NCBI RefSeq assembly: GCF_009914755.1
Contig: NC_060936.1
Strand: one strand, 5' to 3'
From: the human T2T-CHM13v2.0 reference genome, Homo sapiens
Length of the DNA stretch: 64,000 bases
Part shown: positions 15,178 through 28,552 of the stretch, piece by piece
How positions within the stretch are numbered: position 1 is the stretch's first letter
Layout: each line of letters begins with the position of its first letter
Notes under the pieces: model-generated
What the model saw: the letters and a program-made list of their open reading frames with translations, nothing else
Told to the model about the DNA's origin: nothing
Databases searched by the model: none
Translations under genes and position numbers: made by a program

Positions 15178-15480
15178 CAGTCATGTGCTGTGTAACCACA
15201 CTTGAGTCAATGATAGACTGCATATATGACAGTGGTCCCATATCTGATTATATCATCATATTTTTACTATACCTTTTCTATGTGTAGATATGTTTAGACA
15301 CACAAATACCATTGTGTTACAACTGCCTACCGTATTCAGCATGGTAACATGCTGTACAAGTTTGCAGCGCAAGAGCAATAGGCTATACTATATACACATC
15401 TATGATGTTTGCATGACAACGAAATCACCTACTGATGCATTTCTCAGAATGTGTCCCCATCATTAAGTGATGCATGACTG
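15178..15480. mobile_element. Tigger3a/MER7-like TcMar DNA transposon
   Basis: TIRs CAGTCATG...CATGACTG with TA duplications at 15176-15177 and 15481-15482. Confidence 0.8.
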
Positions 15481-16144
15481 TATTCTTTCTACAAAGATTG
15501 CACTGCTGGTGGCCATCTTGTTGATCATGTGGAATAGCCTACGAGATAGAGGTGTGGATCTCTATTGTCATTACCTAGATCCAAAGACACCTAAGCCAGG
15601 ATACTCCTAGACTTTTCAGGCACATAAGCTTTTGCTGTTTGATTGATGTCCTTGTCACTTGCAATTGAGAGTGCTAATACAGCCTTACAGTTTTCAAAGA
15701 GCTTTCAAGTGCATTGTTTTACATGAGCTTGTGGTTTTAGAGGACAAGGTATGTGTCTGTCTTGCTCATGACTAAATTTCTGGGACTAAGCACAGTGCTA
15801 GGCATATGAGAGTTACTAAAAAATGTTTGTTGAATGAAGTGGGCCACATAGGTGTTATTACTTACACTTGTTTCAAAAAGCCAGATACTGAAATCAGAGA
15901 GGTAGTCAGGTGGTAGAGCTGGGTGATCATGGACTAGGTGAAGAGGATATGGTGAAAGCCTAAACTGGGAGGAGGCATCATAAACAGGATGCATTTGAAT
16001 TACCATATGGGGGTCATATTCATTTTAGTCTTTTTTCTAGAGTTCTACAGCAGCTCTTAACTATCTCTCCCATCAACTTTTGCTCCTCTACAATTCACTA
16101 TCCACTCAATGGCCAGAAAAAGGTGTCACATCAGATCCTATTAC

Positions 16145-16560
16145 TTTTTTTTTTTTTTTTTTTTTTTAAAGACAAGGTCTCACTCTGTCACCCAGGATGT
16201 AGTGCAGTGGCATGATCATGGTTCACTGTAGCCTAGACCTCCCAGGCTCAAGCAATCCTCCCGCCTTAGCTCCTGAGTAGCTGGGTCTACAGACACATGC
16301 CACTGCACCCAGCTAATTTTTATTTTTATTTTTAGAAATGGGATTTCACCATGTTTCCCAGGCTGTCTTCTTTAAAAAAAAATTTTTTTTTTAAATTCTA
16401 TGAGTGCATGTCCCCAAGCTCAGCTAATTTTTACATTTTTGAAGAGACAGGGTCTCACTATGTTGCCTAGACTTGTCTGGAACTCCTGGGCTCAAGTAAT
16501 CCTCCTGCCTTAGCCTCCCAAAGCATTGGGTTTACAGGTGTGAACTACCACTCCTAACCA
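16145..16560 (-). mobile_element. Composite AluJ with an extra partial left arm
   Basis: Reverse Alu in which the cagctaattttt...gt(t)g/tcc(c/t)ag segment occurs twice; flanks cagatcct(a/g)t(t/c)act. Confidence 0.75.
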
Positions 16561-16904
16561 GATCCTGTCACTCTTTTGCTTTAAACACTCCAGTGGTTTC
16601 CCTCTACTTTCAGGAATAAAAGCTCAAATTCTCAACATATCCTACAAGGTCCTTATAATCATGCTGGCTCCTGCTTATGCCTTAGCTTCATTTCCTCCTG
16701 CCCTTCACTGTATTCTCTCTGCTCCAGCCACAATAGCCTTCTTTCCATTGTAGAGAAATACAGTTATCCCTCAACTCAAGGTCTTTGCCTAAAACACGCC
16801 TCCTCCTCCACTCTTCATTTAGTTGTTTCTTCCTAAACATTGAGTTCTCAGCCCCCATCATTTCCTCCAGAGTCTTTTCTGAGTCTTCTTTCCCTACTCT
16901 CATT

Positions 16905-17199
<295 letters not shown>

Positions 17200-18249
17200 T
17201 AGATCAGACCCGTTTCTATCTACCCCATCCCTGTACTTTGATTGCATAGCACCTGGTGACCATCACTTTACCATGATTACTGACCATAGACTGTCCCAGA
17301 GACCACCAAAATATGCTGTTGATCAAGTAAAACTTATCAATGTTTCAGAAGGGAGAAGTCAGGAGCTGATATCTGTAGAGTTTCGAGGCCTAGACTCAAG
17401 TAGTTTAAGGAAATCTGATTGAAACTGGGCAAAGTATTTTATATAATAATTTAGAAATGGTGAAGAGAGTGAGGTAAGAGTCTTGAGACAAATCTTGATA
17501 AATAAACAGTTGTTTGATGTGCAAGCAGTTTGCAAGTTAAGTGATTTATTGTACTGAGAAATAGGCTGTATGAGAAGCTAAAGTTCAGATAAATTGATTT
17601 TTAGGAGTTCCTAAAGCAAAAAATAAACATATTTACTGGTGTATAGCCTTGCCTCGCTGGGCAAGAATTACTGGAACAAATAGTGAAGTCATGTTAATAT
17701 AAGCGGTCTTAGTTCTTATTCCTGAGTTAAGGTATGTGGGTGCAGATTGTCTCAGTCCTCATGGTGTATCTGTGTTTATGTCACCATTTCCCCAGCAGCA
17801 CTTGCAGCAATTGCAACTTTTCATTTGATTAATGTCCATTTCTGCCAGTGGACTGTGTGCTCTGTGAGGGAAGGAGTAACATCTGTTTTTCTCATCATTT
17901 TATTCTTTATACTGGGCGCAGCACCTGGTACTAATATTTGTTGAATGAATGAGATCATGAACAATAGCCTGGATGGGAGGATGGGAGGAGGAATCAGAGA
18001 ATACTCTGCCTTCAGTCCTGTGTTAGAGCAGTTCCTGTAATGCCAAGGTGAGCACTGGGAGAACGTGTTTAGAAGAGAGAGGTGAGAAGTTCCACTTTGG
18101 GGGAGCTGAGTTTCATTTTCAACAGGAAACATACATCTGGAATTCAGGAAAGAGAAAATTGAGGGGAACAGATGCAAAATTTATAAATTTTATTTATTTA
18201 GAATGGCTTTCAAAAAGCAAAGCAATGTGGAGCTGTCAGGTGGTTATCA

Positions 18250-18647
18250 TGTTCTATTAGTCTGCTAGGGCTGCCATAAAATACCACAGACTGGGTGGCT
18301 TAAACCATAAAAATTTATTTTCTCACAGTTCTGGGGACTGGAAGTCCAAGATCAAAGTGCTGGAAAATTCAGTTTCTGGTGAGGGCTCTCTTCTTGGTTT
18401 GCAGACAGCTGCCTTCTCGCTATGTTCTTATATGTCCTTTCCTCAACATGCACATGGAGAGAGAAAAGAACTGTCTGGTGTCATTTCCCCTTCTTATAAG
18501 GACACCAGTCCTATTGGATTACAGTCCCACCCTTATGATCTCATTTAACCTTATCTCCATAAAGGTCCTATCCCCAAATACAGTCACATTGGGGGTTAGG
18601 GGTTCAACATATGCATTTGAAAAGGACATAATTCAGTTCATAAGACA
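18250..18647 (-). mobile_element. MLT1 (MaLR) LTR
   Basis: ttagtctgctagggctgccataaaataccacagactgggtggcttaaac...attcagttcataa. Confidence 0.85.
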
Positions 18648-18897
18648 TTGTTATGAATATAACTTTATCATAGAAAAGTCCTCCAAAAAAACCCATGCAG
18701 ATTGATAGACCTTCTTAGTTTGGCTAGGGCAAGGCTTATTAAATGTACTATGTTGTAAAGACGATAATAAATACATACATAGCACTTTCTGTGGGCTAAT
18801 CAGTCTCCTAAGTGCTTTGCCTCTATTAACTTATTAAATCTCATAATGACTCTATGAGTGAAGTGCTATAATCATATCCATTTACAGATAAGGGACA

Positions 18898-19377
18898 TGA
18901 AGACTGAACAAAAACTGCTTGCAATCACATGAAACAGGACTGGCTACATTAACATAACTTTAGTATTCTGGGAAATTCTTGTCCAAGGAGATAAAGTTGC
19001 AAACTATTTGTTTTAAGAACATTCTGAAAATTCATTTATCTGAACAACAGACTGTACAACTGGCCATCCCAGATTGCTTATCAAAGAGCTGTTAACTCAA
19101 GAATCCCTTCAAAACCTATGCCTTGCTGGGTTTACCAATCCTAAATTATTAAATCATAAACTTGGCCTGGTCAAAGTCAAGTCCCCACATGGAAAAATCC
19201 CACCCTAAACCAGACTCCCTAAACCTTATAAATATCTACCTTTGAAGTCCTTCTTCTGAGATACAGCTAAGAGTCTGTCAAGGCAGTGCTGTCCCTTAAT
19301 GCAATAAGCAATAAACTTGGCTTTGATTGACCAACAGGTTATTTTTCTGGTCTTTTCAGGGAGTGAGCAGTTAACAG
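18898..19377 (+). mobile_element. Old ERV LTR (MER34-like?)
   Basis: CCAAT, TATAAATA (~19228), AATAAA (~19310) and terminal TAACA in LTR order; family uncertain. Confidence 0.5.
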
Positions 19378-19757
19378 AAACAAGAGATTAATGCCTTATG
19401 CCCAGTGCTTGGCTATGTGTTCACTAATTTTGTGCAAAAAGGAAATAAGGCCTGAATTTACTATCCAAATAGACAGGCACCCCTACTTGGGTGAAGAAAG
19501 TTAAGTTTTAGGAAAATTAAAGGCAGAATTCTCTGTGTCTGTTATAGACTCAGCATAGCACTGAGCTGAATTTTATATGAGCCTAGACTAAAGACAGAAG
19601 CCGGGTATTTAGTTGAGTATAGCCAAAAACATCATCAAAACTGGCCAGGTGAGACTGAAGATTAGAGTGGGGAAGCTCCCTGGGACTGTCAGGTACAGAG
19701 AAAAAGCACTGGATTTATTTGCAAGTGACACCTGCACCAAAAAATAAATAAAATTAA

Positions 19758-20151
<394 letters not shown>

Positions 20152-23084
20152 TAGCTCACCTGTAAAATGGAAATAATGTCGGTACCTACATCATAGAGTT
20201 AATATGACGGCCAAATGGGACAGTATATGCCAAGAGCTTGTCATGGTGTAATTGGTGGTATTAACTGTTATTATTATAATTCACTGCAGGATTGTAGGGC
20301 TTGGGAAGAGGAAAGATATGATCAGTGGTATACTTGAAGGGGATTGAATAATGCAAAAATAAGAGAGAAATGTATTCAAAGCTGGGAATTCAGGATATGG
20401 CTTTTCTGTAGTAGTTTGGCATTTTTCCACAAAGACTAGTTATCAAGGCCACAGGGGCTGTTTCCCTAGCTAAATTCTCTCCCTTGGATGTTAAAGTGCT
20501 ATTTACCTGTCATGAAGGCTGCCTAGGCAGAGTTTGGAACTGTAGAAGAAGCTTGACCTTAAAAGGTCAAGAATTTAGAACTCAACAGAGATGAAATCTG
20601 TCAGTGAAACAACTAAGTGTTTTTGTGGGGATGTGTGGGAGGTGGGAACTGTTTTTTTTAAAGATGCTATCAGTGGTGATGCAAAAGAATATGAGCTAAT
20701 GAGCCCAAGGCTGTTCCTTCTCAAACCTGCTTATTCACCAACCAAGCAAGTCCTGCCCAGGAGGGAGAGAAGGAGGTGATGTTAAGTGAGCTCAGTGCTT
20801 ACTGTGTGCCATGCCAGTTTTATGTTTGGCCTCCAAAGACAAAGGGAAGAGAAAGAGAAAGGAGGGAAGCTACTCTTCTCATTATTTGTAGAACTACAAA
20901 CCCAATATTTATTGTGTGCTTACCATGTGCCTCTAGGTACTATGCTTTGCACACATTACCTTGTTTAATCCTTCTCACAAACCTTTCCAGGTATTTTTAT
21001 CCTCATCATTGAACTCCTCATTGATTTCCTCTTGTTTTCTTATTAAGTACTCACAACTTTGTGAAAGAACTCTGGTGTCAATAATTTGTAAGCAGACAGG
21101 AGAAATGTGACGTGGTGTTTGACTGAGTATGGCAGCAAAGAAGAGTATAGAGAATCAACAATAAAAGTTTAAAGAGCAACAGAATGGAAAGATGGCAGGT
21201 CGAACAAGGAAAAGGGCTCACAACCTCTATTTTAATGGTGTGGGCCTCAAGAGTAACCACATATCCATGGGAGGGCCTCTAAATATAAAGACAAAAGTCT
21301 TGATGGTGATCTTGTGATTATGAGACTGGAAAAGTTGGATCATTTTCTGTTCCTAATGTTACATTTGGAAAATTGAGCAGTTTTCTAGATCCCCAGAGAT
21401 TCCTTAGAATAAGGTCAAAAGTTGTAAAATGAAATACTGTATATATACTATTAGTCACCTTCATTGTTATTTTATGTGATTTGATTTTTAAGTTAACATG
21501 GTGTCAAGATGCCATCCATATGAGTTTTAATAATTTTCATTTAGTCTTATCTGTTTATAAGAGATGCAGGAGTGATTCATTTTTGTACTAGTTAATATCA
21601 ACTCTTTCTCAGAAGTAGTCAAAATATAAATAAAAGTTCTTCAAAAGTAACCCAGGAGCAACAGCTGAGCAGTGCCAGAGTTGTGAGGTAAACATCAATC
21701 ATTTCACAAATGTTCTGACTTGTTGAGCAGTGTTCATTTCCAGGTTTCAAACTTAAAGTATCTATTAAGCAATCTTAAAAGAAAGAACACCGCCTTAGGA
21801 AAAAAGAGATTTGCCAAACTCTTCATACTTCCTTCAATAACTGCTTAGCAAACACTCTTGAGTGTCTTCTATGGGCAATGGTCTGTATCCATAGGGATAC
21901 AGAGATGAATGAACATGAACTTGGAAAAAATTATTATACAACACAAAGTAGGAAAACGGTGCACAAAGCATAAAGAAATTAGCGGAGGGAGGGATTGTTT
22001 GATGGAAGGTCTTAGGGAGTAGGTGGGATTTGAATTTGGGTCTTGGATGGGTAAGTAAGGTAGGGCAGCAGGGTGGGCGGCAAAAAGTGGGAGGTTACAG
22101 TAAGTAGAATGGTCAATAGCCTATTTTGACTGAAGTAAGGGTTAAGGCTGTTGGAGCCTGATGATAGATGTGATGCTGTAAACTCACTGGATGTTTTCAA
22201 AAGAGAGCCATTAAAAACTGCGTAGAGGAGCTATTTCCTTTGCTGTTACTGAATAATGTGAAAAGATCCATACCAAATGATGCACTCTGTACCTTTCTCC
22301 CTCAGCCTCCTCCCTGGCAGGCAGGCCTGTAGCGGCTACCAGATAAAGGGTCTTTCTCACTCTCTAGTTTGGCCAATGGGTGACATTCTTGTAAGCGATC
22401 CAAGAGCAGGAGTTGGGTGATGTGAGGGAATTTATTTTCTAGGCTCCCGTCCTGGAGAGTCGTCTTGGGCAGCTGCAGTTCACATAGGAATTTCACAACT
22501 TCTCTGAGTCTTTGGGTTCTGATGACTGTTCCTTCTCCTTTTCTGGTTGGGCCGACAGGTGGTAAAAGCCTGGCTTAGACCCTGCCCTATTTCTGTTCCC
22601 TACACTCTTCCGTTCTTGTTGTCCTTTTATTAAACCTTCCTATAATTGTCCTAAGGGGAGTGTGCTCTCTCTTTTCCCTGCTAAGACCTCAATCAGACCT
22701 GAGAGAAAGAAACATTGGCATCTGCTCACTTCAATCACCAAGGCAATGTTTATGCTAGGGGACTCCACATTCCAGGCTAAAATTTATAAGAAGAATGTTT
22801 GCACACCTGACCCAGATTAGCTAATCAGATATTGTTTTTGGGAGTCTGCATTAAGAAATTCTCCATATGGACTAGAGAGTAGGTGAACTCAGGAATTTTG
22901 ATGTGCTGTTTGTCCACTGAGTAAACTGAGAAACAGAGGAAGTTGGTCCATAGAGAAATTCACTTACTGAAGTTGTCTGAATTCTGAATGGCTCTTCAGT
23001 CTTTGGTTCCATTCTCTTCTGAGGGCCAGGTAAATTCTTGTACTCAAATGCCATGAGATAACTCTGTTTTCTTACAATAAACAC

Positions 23085-23085
23085 T

Positions 23086-23131
<46 letters not shown>
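23085..23131. repeat. Compound (CG)n(CA)n microsatellite
   Basis: tacgcgcgcgcacacaca..., about 47 bp of alternating purine-pyrimidine. Confidence 0.95.
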
Positions 23132-23133
<2 letters not shown>

Positions 23134-23859
23134 TTTTATTGGCTTAAGCACGTTTAAGTTATTTTCTGTTACTTGCAGCAAATGAGTCTTGACTAATAGA
23201 ATATCCAACACATATAATCCCAGTTACTACTTATGGAGTACTTACTGTGTGCCAGACTTTACATGACTTATCTTCTTTAATCCTCTCAACTGCACTGAAA
23301 AGTAGTTTTTTTTTATGACTCAGATCTTTCTTGGCTTGAGAATTTCTTCCAATAAATCTAGGTGTCCCTCAGTTTTTTCTGGGTGTTCCCAAAGGGACGT
23401 CTCATAGTTTCTCATAAACCAGTGTCAGCCTCAATCACCACACAATCTGTTCTGTTCTTTTCCTTCATTGATGACTTCACTCACAGATGTCATTGCACAC
23501 CATGAAAATGATAATATCTACATTCAAGATACCACCTGGAGATGCTGCAAAATGTTATGGTCCTCAGTGTGGTCAAGAGAGAAGGAGCATGACTCCTCCC
23601 CCATTCCATGTCAACTCAGTTCTTTAGAAGCTCGTAATGTAGCCAGGGGCTTGCAAAGCCTTTTGATGAGGTCTATGAGCAGAGCTTCCCAAATGTGCAT
23701 CATGGCATGCTAGTGTACCACAAGGGTTCAGGAGTGCCAGGATATTGACCTCCCTAGCCCTTGGGGCAGCCCGGGAGGGACTGGGCGACTAGAGCCCTAG
23801 CACCGTCATTTGGCTTTGAGCAGTTTTATTTCAACCCCAGTGTGGACTACAGATACTGT

Positions 23860-24223
23860 CTTTTTAAAAAATTTTTTTAATGTTTAAGTTCCAGATACAT
23901 GTGCAGAATGTGCAGGTTGTTACATAGGTAAACGTGTGCCATAGTGGTTTACTGCACCTATCAACCAATCACCTAGGTAGTACGTCCCACATGCATTAGC
24001 TATTTATCCTGATGTTCTCCCTCCCCCTGCCCCGCTGACAGGTCCTTGTGTATGTTGTTTCCCTCTCTGTGTCCATGTGTTCTCATTGTTCAGGTGCCAC
24101 TTATGAGTGAGAACATGTGATGTTTGGTTTTCTGTTCCTGTGTTAGTTTGCTGAGGATAATGGCTTCCAGTTTTATCCATGTCCCTGCAAAGGACATGAT
24201 CTCCTTCCTTTTTATGGCTGCAT
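23860..24223 (-). mobile_element. 5'-truncated L1PA 3' end inserted in a hAT-Charlie-like element (about 23680-24270)
   Basis: gatacatgtgcagaatgtgcaggtt...tttatggctgcat is the L1PA 3' UTR; TSD about gatact(g/a)tc.tttt. Confidence 0.85.
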
Positions 24224-24743
24224 GATACTATCATTTTCTATAAATACCATGTGATGAAAAAGAGCCCAGGGATCTAACAATCCACACAAGCCCCCAACCT
24301 TGGGCCAACCGTAGAGGATACAAATCCAATCTGGACCAGATCAACAGGAGACATCATGCTATTATTTAGATGCTTGCCTTTTTCTACTTTCTGGTCTTCT
24401 TTGTCATTTACTTGTATGTAAATGAATGAAGGCAGATTATGATGTGTGTATGTGTCTGTGTGCACATATTATTAGGGAATAAGAATGGTGTTGTCTAGGT
24501 ATTGTCTCACTAGCCAGCCAAAAATATCTTATTAAATATGTATTGTCCTACTCTTTCCTATGAGGATTCAGTCTGAGTTAGGTCACCTACCTGAGGTCAC
24601 ACACCAAATGACAGAGGTGTGATTCCAACACAGGCTCATCTGGTTTAAGAGCCGTGTGCCTGATTCTTCACTATTGCCACATCCCTTCTTTCCAATGTTT
24701 CATTGATTAGGTAGGGTAAGACCATCAAATCCACATTTAGGGA

Positions 24744-25194
24744 ATGTCTGGGCAGCCACGAAATGCACCTGTCAGAACTTCCTTCAAAAGGGAACTGCTA
24801 CAAGGAATGCTGCCAGGTGACAACCTCCCGCTGCAGCAACTTTGGGGGTCTGGTACAATGTTTGAGGCAAGGACATGCCCATGTTGGGTAGCTCTAGCCA
24901 AAGACTGAGCATGGCAGGGGTGCTAGGATCTGGTCACCCTGGTACGACTCTATAGGGAATCTGTGAGCTAGAGGTCTCCATTTGGCTTGCCAGGATGGTC
25001 TCAGAGCTGCACAGCAGTCTGAGGACTTATCTGCCCAATCCTCCATCTTTCTTCCTCTTACAGGTGTCAGACTTGCACTGTGTCTAAAGGCTCACCGAGC
25101 CTACTCCTTCTCTCATGTCTTTATCATTTATAGGCATTACCTCTAACAGAGCTCTTGCATTCCTAACTCATTGTCCTGGTGTCTGTTTCCTGAC
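24744..25194 (+). mobile_element. LTR16-like ERV-L LTR
   Basis: ggcagccacgaaatgcacctgtcagaac...caggtgtcagacttgca...gtctgtttcct. Confidence 0.6.
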
Positions 25195-25853
25195 ATAAGC
25201 CCCCTGAGAGAAAGTGCTATGCCACCTCATTGTTTATTCTCCACGGCACCTAGGACAATATTTTGCACATAAGTCTCTTGATTTTATTCAGATGAACATG
25301 CAGTTTTAGATGGTAGCAAATGAGCCATTGCTGTCTTCCTCTACCAGTTCTGGGGAAGCACTGGGCCCAAAGGCCAAGAATGATACAGGCCAAGGATGGC
25401 TTTAGAGAACCAGGATCACCCACAGATTTTATTTAAATGAAGATAATTGGGTTTCACTCTCACAGATTCTGACTCAGAGGGAGGGGGAGGGCCAGGACAC
25501 TCCATTTCCAGTGAGCACACCCAGTAGATTCTGAGCCGGGTGGTCCTTAGGTCATACTGGAGAATATACAGAACATACAGCTTTTGAGGATGCCTACACA
25601 GGTACGAAGTCCTCCCATTGCTCCCACTGCTGTCACATTCAGTGGCCTCGGTGTTGCTATGAATTTGGGAGAATCTTGGCACATTCCAGTATCAGGATTT
25701 TTCTATTCGCTGGCTATGTTCCAGCCTGCATTTTGAAATGAATAGAGCCCCAGGGTAGAGTGTGAAGTTTGCCTTGAAGCTGGAAGAGACATAAGTTGGC
25801 AGTATTGCCAGCTGACATCTGGATGTGGTGTGGACTGGGATTATGAAAGTTAA

Positions 25854-26285
<432 letters not shown>

Positions 26286-28239
26286 TATCTCTTATCCATC
26301 TTTCAAGGGTAATCTTAAAGATCACCTCTGGCTCTTCCCAGTGCACACCTTCTTGCAGTCCTGTTGCCTCTTGAGCTTCCTTCCGTGAGCATTCACTATA
26401 TTTAAATTGTTTATATTATGTATCCGTTTTAAATAAATTGAAAATGCATTATGTATATGTTTTAAATAAATTGAAAATGTTTATGAGAACATTTGTAAGA
26501 ACTAGAGTGAAAAGCTTTTTCTAGCCAAGTGCAAAAAATTTAAACTGTAGGAAGTAGTATAATGCAGTGGGTTTTGGAATCAGTCTGTGGTTCAACTCCT
26601 ATTTTGTTATTCACTGGTTGTGTAGCATGTTTCTTCATCTGTAAAATGGGATCAATAATATTTACATCATAACATTTAGAAAAAGCCTAACCAAGTGCTT
26701 GGCACATAGTAAGGCCTCAACGAATATTAATTATCTTCTTCCTCTCTGGCCAAAACTTAATTGAGTCCTATATTTGGAGATCAAACCCATGTTGTCATTT
26801 TAAAAAATTTCTAAATGCATAGACATAGATTAGATGCTTAGTAAGTACATGTTAGATGAATGAGAAAATTGTTTTATTGCTTCTGGCTTATTCCAAATTC
26901 TAATTTTAGTTCCCTTCAGTGTTAGGAAGTGAATTTAAAAGCATGGCAACATGACTCAAAAGATTAAGATTTCTATCCAGAAATCTTGATTTAAATCTTC
27001 AGCGTTTGACTTTTGAGAAGAGTGCAAATGTTGGCATTATCTTTTTTTATTAGCAATTTGTAAAGAACTGAGATCTTACACAGCTGTGTGCGGCTCAAAG
27101 ATGTACCAAGCAAAGAATAAATTTCCTGCCCACGCAAACTCGAGGCAAAAAATCTCAAGCTGTCTTATATTATTCTGACAGCCCAAGGAAAGTTTTATTT
27201 TTCTCATAAGGAAACTTGACAAAAATCATAAGAATTATCTACTATGTAAAATGTCTACCTTATCAGATTCTTAAAGCTGATGATATATTTGTTTAAGCAG
27301 AGACTAAAGACTTAGAGTTACAAAATATTGCAGATTTAACTCCAGCAATTCAGCAAATAAGAATTCGTCTTTTAAGCATCAAGCTGACTAGTGGTATGAT
27401 CTGGGTGAGGTTTGCTCACACCCCTCTCCAAGATGCATTCCAATAGATACAAGTAGCTCATGCTCAACAAATGTGACATACTCACAATTGAGGCTCAGGC
27501 CAAAGTGGACCAAGCCTTCTTGAAACCCTGCTGGAGCTCACCACTTATTTCAAATAAACAGCAATGGGGAAAGGGAAGTCAACAGAAGTAGTTTTGCTCA
27601 TAGCTCCATTTATTGGAGCCCATCAGTGTAGAACACCAAGAGAGGGCTGCAGAAATCTAGCATTCCCAGTTAAACCAAGTACTAGGCAAAGACCAAGGGA
27701 ATTTCTCTACTGGGTATTAATTTTGTGAGAGGCACTTAAACATTATTATGTATTTGTGTTTTTATTTATACTCTGACTCTTCCCCAAAGAAATATAAAGT
27801 TGCTTATAAGAAAACACATGGGCTAAGCGGGGACACTGTGCAGTAGGAAATAAAGGTGAAGTCAGAGGAAGGTGGTATATATTGTGCACGAATCCTAGTC
27901 TACTTACTAGCCGAGGGTTGTAAACGTAGTTTGGAAATTCTGACCAGCCAAGGAGTGATTCCTTTAGATGGTTCAGTGTCGAAGCGATAAAGCAAACATG
28001 CCATTCTGAGACACATAGTAATTCCTAGGACTGAAACCCAAGGGAGATATTTCCCCCCAATGAGTTTGTAGAGGGTAAGGAATTTTAGTGTATTATAAGT
28101 GATATACAATAACTCAGATATGCTTGAATATGCAAGACTGTCTCTGAGCTCATTCTTCAGGACCCCATATACAAAAAGAAAGATAGCAGAATGGGAATCA
28201 AATTACTACTTGATTAATAGATTCTCAACCACTTAATAT

Positions 28240-28552
28240 CTCCCCAGTCCAAAGCTGCCTGGCTTTGAAAGTTAAATAACCAAACATGTATTTCCAATGA
28301 AAATTTAATGTCTGAATTGAGATATGCTGTAAGTGTAAAATAAACACCTGAGTTTGAAGACTCCGTTAAAAAAAGAATGCAAAAATATCTTGTTAAATTT
28401 CCTATTGATTGCATGTTGAAATTGCAATATTTTGGATATGATGGGTTAAAATATATTATTAATTTCATCTGTGTCTTTTTACTTTTTTAATGCAGTTACT
28501 AGAAAATTAAAAATTACTTTTGTGGCTCACATTATATTCCAATTGGACAGTT
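28240..28552. mobile_element. MER33/MER3-like hAT-Charlie element
   Basis: attttggatatgatgggttaaaatatattatt...gtggctcacattatatt..attggacag. Confidence 0.7.
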
